Positions 61,201 through 64,000 of a stretch of DNA of 64,000 nucleotides are shown here, in pieces. Made by a program: the position numbers and the translations under genes. Below the pieces are notes generated by a model. That model was not told where the DNA came from, searched no databases, and saw only the letters and a list, made by a program, of their open reading frames with translations. The stretch is from Eutreptiella sp. 'Long Island Sound 2002'. Its lineage: Eukaryota > Protista > Euglenida. How positions within the stretch are numbered: the stretch's first letter is position 1; each line of letters opens with the position of its first letter. The stretch is taken from positions 17,546,001 to 17,610,000 of the forward strand of contig OZ038379.1 of NCBI GenBank assembly GCA_964036045.1, given 5' to 3'.

Positions 61201-63132
61201 TGCAGCTGGGGAAGCAACAGCCCATGGAGTGAATTTGTATGTAGACATGGTAGCTGCCTGCTGACAAAAGGAGGCAGCAAGCAACACAGGCACCGTCCAA
61301 AACGGACGAAAATCTCAAACATGTTGTCAGTACAGCATGCAGACCCAGGGTGTTCCAAATAGCCCTTTCCAAGGGCTTTCCGAATATACCCCACATACCC
61401 CTACCTCCGGAACACTCAGTGGGCACAAATGAGGCAACAATGGCACCGACCCCCGAAAACCCACAAAGTTGGCATAATCAGCAACGTCCCCGAGAGATAT
61501 ATCAAAACCAGAAACTCAGAGCTCATAACTTGATGCGTAGAATTCATCAAGTTTTTGCGATTATTTGGAATTTTGCGTTGTCCTTGTTGATTGTACGGCT
61601 AGAATGTTTTTTTTTCGCAATCAACTTTTGTTTGCGTGGAACTAACTTTATACGCACGGCCTACCCCAGAATTAATCAGCTTTAACTTTCCTCAAGTTTG
61701 ACCGGTGATGTTCAATGTGTTCTGCAGTTCACAGTCCAAACGGGATCAGCTAACTTGATACCCGAAAATGATTGCAGTATTTCAAAAATGCCAGGCACTT
61801 CGAATTACCAAGCCGGCTTCAAACTTTCCGGGCAAGCTGTGCTCGGAGTGATTGTGGTGATCTTCTTCTATCACATCCTTCAAACACTTTTCCAGGCATA
61901 TGGGTAGGCTTGGCATTCGTTAGTTTCTTCAAACTTTACTATTGCAAAAGTGCCAGCGTCGAAAATCAGGCCCAACAAAGGAAATCCCAAGACAGTCTGG
62001 GACTCTGAGTACCACAAAAATCTCTGGGGTGTGGAATTTTATGAGCCTCAACCCCCCCAACCTCCAACCCCCCATTCGAGTGCTTTGGCCAAAGGGGATG
62101 ACGCCAATTGTCAAATGTCACAGTCGGTCCCTATCCCCAAGTTTTCTCCACCACACCAAAGGCCCCTGAAATACACAGCACCCCAAGCACCAAGCACACC
62201 AAGCACCCCCCCACCCAAGCCTTCCTCATCGCTTCTACACAACCCCTACCGTGGTTACCTTGTGTGCTGGTGTTGGTGTGTGATGAGATGCTACGGCATG
62301 TGCTGCACGTGCTTCTGACTTGCCCATTAGTTACCCCCAGTTGTTTGGTGCTTAATCTAGCCCCGCACAGTTGCGGCCTGCATCACTCTCTGCTGCTACA
62401 TCAGCGCTGGACCGTTGATGCCATGACACCAAGAAAAATGGCTACGGAATTTTATGTACCATGGCATAATTTGGCACACTTTTGCTGTGCGAAATTTTGT
62501 CGTCCCAAACTTTGCTTTTTCCAAATCCCCCCCCCCACGTACAACAGACACGTGTAATCTGCAAATCCAATGCTGCCCTAGAAGGCACCAAGAAGGGTGG
62601 GGCTGGAGGTTGGACTCCCCCCCCCCTGGGGATGCTTGTTAAATGGAGCTCTGGGGTCGGTGAGCGGTTCTAGTTGATCCCCACACCTCCTGTGGCCCAC
62701 CGCCCGGAGGGCTGGACGGGGATTCCCGTAAGAAACCCTGAGACATTGGACAAAAAAAAGGGGGGGTGGGGAGTGGGGGATGGCAAGGCTATGGGTGAGT
62801 GGTGGAGGGGATCGTGGGGGAAAGGCTGTGGCACCGTTCTAACAACAAAAGCATGGGCTCAACACAACGACCTGAGGCATCGACACATGGATCTCCACCA
62901 ACACATCCGTGGGCAGCTGCACAATTCAGTGCCTTCACGGTGGTGCTACCCGTCTGGAGGTTCAGTGTTGCGCAGGAAGTTGCATCCGTGCACTGGCATG
63001 CGCAGTCTGAGTAGCACATCGAAGTGCCCCCAGGGCATCCAGAGCAACACGCCCAGTCCACTGTGCTGCGCCCGTTGGGGTCGATTTTCCAGTACGCCGA
63101 GGGGCAATTTGATTGATTGCCAGCCGTAAATC
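7028..63132 (-). CDS. Giant multi-exon gene (25 exons traced, about 6,020 aa, 5'-incomplete): modular receptor with 3 TM helices and a cytoplasmic ADP-ribosyltransferase domain
   Basis: Open GC-rich exons are each flanked by ..AG acceptors and GT.. donors, and intron phases match at all 24 junctions. Domains read through junctions, e.g. DEAE|VLFRP, YATDS|ENDGW, IIF(R)|YHMYG, SWSQ|VWIR. Stop TAA at 7028-7030. Confidence 0.8.
9603..9848 (-). CDS. Exon 24: catalytic core of an R-S-E type mono-ADP-ribosyltransferase
   Basis: LYRG (R), WPAFSSAS (S-x-S) and FPDEAE (E-x-E). 246 nt, phase 0-0. Confidence 0.9.
11350..11450. repeat. Dispersed repeat with an inverted relative at about 16700-16800
   Basis: cctgctttcaactgc..ccaaccgttttgtaaccgcc is the approximate reverse complement of ggcggttacaaaaccgttgg..gcagttgaagcagg. 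Confidence 0.6.
11690..12769 (-). CDS. Exon 23: WWE-like domain, unknown region and the N-terminal helices of the ART domain
   Basis: WQTHVGDGLWHTYPNFVQQQIAQG..V..FLDLVELQQ; VYTYE..IYSAMNRAMR. 1080 nt, phase 0-0. Confidence 0.88.
13670..14058 (-). CDS. Exon 22: cytoplasmic linker (YLYYY..YTVGWCVSDYLG module and a basic segment)
   Basis: gctgcag acceptor, gtggcc donor, phase 1-0. Confidence 0.8.
15308..16460 (-). CDS. Exon 21: three TM helices, a LIM-like zinc finger and an ankyrin-like repeat
   Basis: Three hydrophobic stretches; Cx2Cx23Hx2Cx2Cx2Cx18Hx2C; TAWHCAAAAGNLPQLRALL. Phase 0-1. Confidence 0.88.
18239..22329 (-). CDS. Exon 20: four RCC1 repeats, a Ser/Thr mucin-like stalk of about 1,090 aa and a small juxtamembrane domain
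   Basis: 4091-nt open frame, gcaacag acceptor, gtcagc donor, phase 1-0. Confidence 0.88.
22352..22420. repeat. (CACAA/CACAG)n pentamer array next to the exon 20 acceptor
   Basis: Directly visible. Confidence 0.85.
23036..24109 (-). CDS. Exon 19: Cys-rich/sushi-like segment, three RCC1 repeats and a Cys-rich insert
   Basis: G.N..GQLG...TP..L...I..VA.G..HT.F occurs three times. Phase 1-1. Confidence 0.88.
24553..24886 (-). CDS. Exon 18: GON-like domain
   Basis: QYINLP..TTWQKLRI..VDQTDTTYTTSNG..WGVAKDC..YRLSLVGTPFRV resembles the ADAMTS9/20 GON core. Phase 0-1; the donor could be 3 nt further. Confidence 0.72.
25145..25234. repeat. (CAA)n microsatellite
   Basis: Directly visible. Confidence 0.97.
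25340..25701. repeat. (CACAT)n pentamer array, degenerate at the left end
   Basis: Directly visible. Confidence 0.95.
25908..27155 (-). CDS. Exon 17: discoidin/F-type-lectin-like domain and repeated CL..G.Y.F..DGW.GG beta-sandwich modules
   Basis: 1248 nt, phase 0-0. VREVRLWPR..LALAEVEVF; CLAAGAYTFVATARYGDGWRGG. Confidence 0.85.
28123..28329. mobile_element. hAT-like MITE, 207 bp
   Basis: Perfect 13-bp TIRs CAGGGCTTCTTTT / AAAAGAAGCCCTG and an exact 8-bp TSD ACGCACGC at 28115-28122 and 28330-28337. Confidence 0.88.
30035..31317 (-). CDS. Exon 16: discoidin-like and LamG/concanavalin-like domains, then start of a small beta-sandwich
   Basis: FVGIRL..VQYVAWGRD..FTLQYT..MRLVV; ARLLVNGEQ..WIG..LRGVIG. 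Phase 1-0. Confidence 0.85.
32800..33302 (-). CDS. Exon 15: unknown beta module (YVDRDWRFVTLG..PWIAAEGW)
   Basis: gttccag acceptor, gtacgc donor, phase 2-1. Confidence 0.78.
34877..35877 (-). CDS. Exon 14: copy 2 of the unnamed repeat, a Cys module and a discoidin/F-type-lectin-like domain
   Basis: HLHIREIEAY..RTIDGDYDTQYHS..WVEWVL..VKLWN. Phase 0-2. Confidence 0.82.
36753..37090 (-). CDS. Exon 13: farnesoic-acid-O-methyltransferase-like beta domain
   Basis: FEVQALTNAHLGL..YEFVIGGWGNTRSVLRR..W..G.LSVG..WMSW.D matches the Methyltransf_FA pattern. Phase 1-0. Confidence 0.8.
38344..39074 (-). CDS. Exon 12: end of the lectin-like module, a CQD..GW.D.DG..C..Y module, and copy 1 of an unnamed ~110-aa repeat
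   Basis: ccctcag acceptor, gtatgc donor (alternative donor 3 nt away), phase 2-1. Confidence 0.8.
40383..40680 (+). repeat. Dispersed ~300-bp repeat, copy 1
   Basis: Direct-orientation, highly similar copy at 46433-46729 (cccttcgcatgttgcgtc...cccaggtgccctgc). Confidence 0.88.
41217..41751 (-). CDS. Exon 11: NGDETGVDCGG module and start of a lectin-like module (NVLGTDFALY)
   Basis: Phase 1-2. Joins exon 12 to give DMNGWRYCNYGDADVGFPRDCG, a motif I recall from Aplysia egg-lectin-like sequences (unverified). Confidence 0.8.
42067..42534 (-). CDS. Exon 10: Cys-rich extracellular module (GCSAGTRAGF..IAAC..CAPGWHVC..)
   Basis: ttcgcag acceptor, gtcccc donor, 468 nt, phase 1-1. Confidence 0.8.
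43172..43644 (-). CDS. Exon 9: C-terminal part of MAM domain 2 plus an unknown module
   Basis: YHMYGADMGSLSV..W..AQV..VRFVGVTGSLYTGDAAVADV. Phase 2-1. Confidence 0.85.
43931..44010. repeat. Minisatellite, 5 perfect copies of GGGTGTGTGAATGTGT
   Basis: Directly visible, followed by degenerate GT-rich sequence. Confidence 0.95.
45224..46363. mobile_element. 1.14-kb TIR element with a 6-bp TSD and a zinc-finger ORF remnant
   Basis: TIRs CAACC..CCCCCCAATTCGGCG / CGCCGAATTGGGG..GGTTG, TSD TACTCT at 45218-45223 and 46364-46369, and AATTCGGC subterminal repeats at both ends. Confidence 0.72.
45461..45524 (+). promoter_or_regulatory. Possible tRNA-derived Pol III A/B box pair
   Basis: TGGTTGAATGG at 45461 (A-box-like) and GGTTCAAACCC at 45514 (B-box-like). 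No convincing cloverleaf. Confidence 0.35.
46433..46729 (+). repeat. Dispersed ~300-bp repeat, copy 2
   Basis: Matches 40383-40680. Confidence 0.88.
46877..47411 (-). CDS. Exon 8: NGDETGADCGG module, Cys module and N-terminal part of MAM domain 2
   Basis: ctctcag acceptor, gtgccg donor, phase 1-2. Contains the MAM motif TPSSSTGP..YVYLESS. Confidence 0.85.
47890..48010 (+). repeat. Short repeat family built from TGGCTACATAACCCCTGCCTTCTCGG subunits (also about 44380-44450 and 51830-51890)
   Basis: The same subunit motif recurs two to three times at each of three intronic sites. Confidence 0.65.
49907..50105. repeat. (GGCGGTT)n-like degenerate heptamer array; a more degenerate reverse-complement array lies at about 41030-41150
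   Basis: Directly visible. Confidence 0.88.
50571..50801 (-). CDS. Exon 7: PAN/apple-like Cys module (GYISGGGDL..MTPLEAQFICSNDASCLGYTW)
   Basis: gcttcag acceptor, gtatgc donor, 231 nt, phase 1-1. Confidence 0.7.
52806..52965 (-). CDS. Exon 6: MAM domain 1, C-terminal part
   Basis: VWIRSGAQH..WSDARF..QVRFVGRTGDSWTGDAAIADVTL. Phase 0-1. Confidence 0.85.
53395..53714 (-). CDS. Exon 5: MAM domain 1, N-terminal part
   Basis: WTRRTGSTPSSTTGPSGG..YVYLEASSP..FKYHMYGASIGSLKV matches the MAM consensus. Phase 1-0. Confidence 0.85.
54979..55284 (-). CDS. Exon 4: duplicated ectodomain module, copy X1
   Basis: ttcacag acceptor, gtatgt donor, 306 nt, phase 1-1. Lies 2832 bp from exon 3. Confidence 0.78.
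55735..56016. mobile_element. Tc1/mariner-like (TA-TSD) MITE; second copy at 58567-58849 created by the duplication
   Basis: TIR CCACCGGGGGAA / TTCCCCCGGTGG flanked by TA on both sides. Confidence 0.7.
56395..56546 (-). pseudogene. Truncated copy of the first MAM exon, cut by the duplication junction and running into a stop
   Basis: Identical to the start of exon 5 (GSRTCYF...WTRRTGS) with the acceptor intact, then reads TYPHNLYHFGDPKVAS* in non-homologous sequence. Confidence 0.75.
57811..58116 (-). CDS. Exon 3: duplicated ectodomain module, copy X2 (GCRFVSVSGFQKTELNTLY...WEEWWDSSWQQASAAQVVCS)
   Basis: ttcacag acceptor, gtatgt donor, 306 nt, phase 1-1, open frame. Confidence 0.7.
60019..60099 (-). 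CDS. Exon 2: 27-codon Cys-rich module PTTCTDAVQNGDETGVDCGGSCTACR (not in the supplied ORF track)
   Basis: gtgcag acceptor and gtatgc donor, phase 1-1. The same motif recurs in exons 8 and 11. Confidence 0.8.
60635..61495. mobile_element. Degenerate TIR element enclosing ORF fragments
   Basis: Perfect 21-bp inverted repeat at 60653-60673 and 61456-61476, plus a 10-bp inverted repeat at 60635-60644 and 61486-61495. True ends not resolved. Confidence 0.5.
62872..63132 (-). CDS. Exon 1 (most 5' exon found): Cys-rich module GFTAGNQSNCPSAYWKIDPNG...CCSGCPGGTSMCYSDCACQC
   Basis: Acceptor tctgcag at 63133-63135, phase 1. Donor gtcgtt at 62871 or gtagca at 62949, both phase 1, so the 3' boundary is uncertain. 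Confidence 0.55.
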
Positions 63133-64000
63133 CTGCAGACAACAACCGCGCTGCTGGTGGGGGTAGTCCAGGGGAGATGGTGCGGCGCTCTCAGAAATCA
63201 GCAGCAGCACTCCCTCGGCCGAACCCCACAGTGAAGCACCCAAATCCTCTCAGGTCAGCACCACCTAAACAGGCGGTGCACAACATTGTGCACCGCGGGT
63301 CCACCTCTAAAATAAAAAAAAAGGCCCCATGTCCCACGTGCAATCAAGTGGCGACACACAAGGCACTTCGGAACTTAGACAAAGTGCGGCGTGTCTGGAC
63401 GCACAACAACACCAACAGAGACAAAAAGGCCCCAGAACGCCCCCTTTCAAGAGTCTCCTTTGCTTGTCCCAAGCCACAAGGGAAAAGTATTTTTGGTATT
63501 TTCCTCTTTTCAACAAACCTGTTGGCGAAAGGCGCATAGTGCGATGGTTCTGATACCGCAGAATCCAACCAGCCACTCAGGGCCAGCCACAGGTAGCCAG
63601 CCATGCACTGCTACCCACCCTTTCACACAGTGTGCGCACAGCGCCAATTATTACGCTGCTTATCCCGGGAAGACCCCTGAAAACCACCCACCTACAGAAG
63701 CATACATGATCAATTCAAAACAGCACAGGGTGCAGAATTCAGGACCCTGGGACCCGTGGCTACCGGTGGTGGAAAACAGCCGACTTTTCGCACAGCGCGG
63801 GCACAGGGCGGGCACAGCGCACGGTGCGCCCCCAAAATCAAACCAGTGTGTACACCTAAGACGTACTTACTCACCCCATCTCCACACCATCAGGTTTGGT
63901 TCGCACGATGTGGGATGTGCCAAGAAGCACACTGTGGGATGTGCCAATGTGCATTGGTCTGTACTTGACTCAGGAACCTCTGAACAAAAGTCAGTTTTCA

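Noticed and set aside
7946-62871. Euglenid non-conventional (non GT-AG) introns
   Set aside because: All 24 junctions are satisfied by canonical GT-AG sites with matching phase, so none is required. Undetected ones cannot be excluded.
63133-64000. Start codon or signal-peptide exon (e.g. MAGYLWLALSG at 63604)
   Set aside because: No convincing hydrophobic signal peptide with a phase-1 donor was found. The 5' end is probably outside the window or was missed.

Overview
Eukaryotic, intron-rich genomic DNA. The combination of GC-rich exons, poly-G/poly-C tracts, TTAGGG repeats and dense MITE-like repeats suggests a euglenid-like protist, but that is inference only. About 56 kb of the window (7028 to at least 63132, minus strand) can be read as one gene. 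I traced 25 exons joined by 24 canonical GT-AG introns whose phases match at every junction, giving about 18.07 kb of CDS (about 6,020 aa). The 5' end and signal peptide were not found. The predicted product is a giant membrane receptor. Its ectodomain holds Cys-rich NGDETGVDCGG modules, two MAM domains, PAN/apple-like, discoidin/F-type-lectin-like, LamG-like, farnesoic-acid-O-methyltransferase-like and GON modules, a split 7-blade RCC1 propeller and a mucin-like Ser/Thr stalk of about 1,090 aa. Three TM helices follow. The cytoplasmic part has LIM-like, ankyrin-like and WWE-like domains, an R-S-E type mono-ADP-ribosyltransferase with intact catalytic motifs, and an S/T-P-rich tail. The best candidate for an undescribed system is this receptor ADP-ribosyltransferase. 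A recent 2.83-kb tandem duplication near the 5' end copied one ectodomain exon; the two copies differ by 13 substitutions, all amino-acid changing, while the flanking intron DNA is almost identical. Introns and the 3' flank hold several non-autonomous TIR elements (hAT-like, TA-TSD, 6-bp-TSD, and one capped by telomeric repeats) and microsatellites. All domain calls are by motif recognition, not database searches, and all counts were made by eye.
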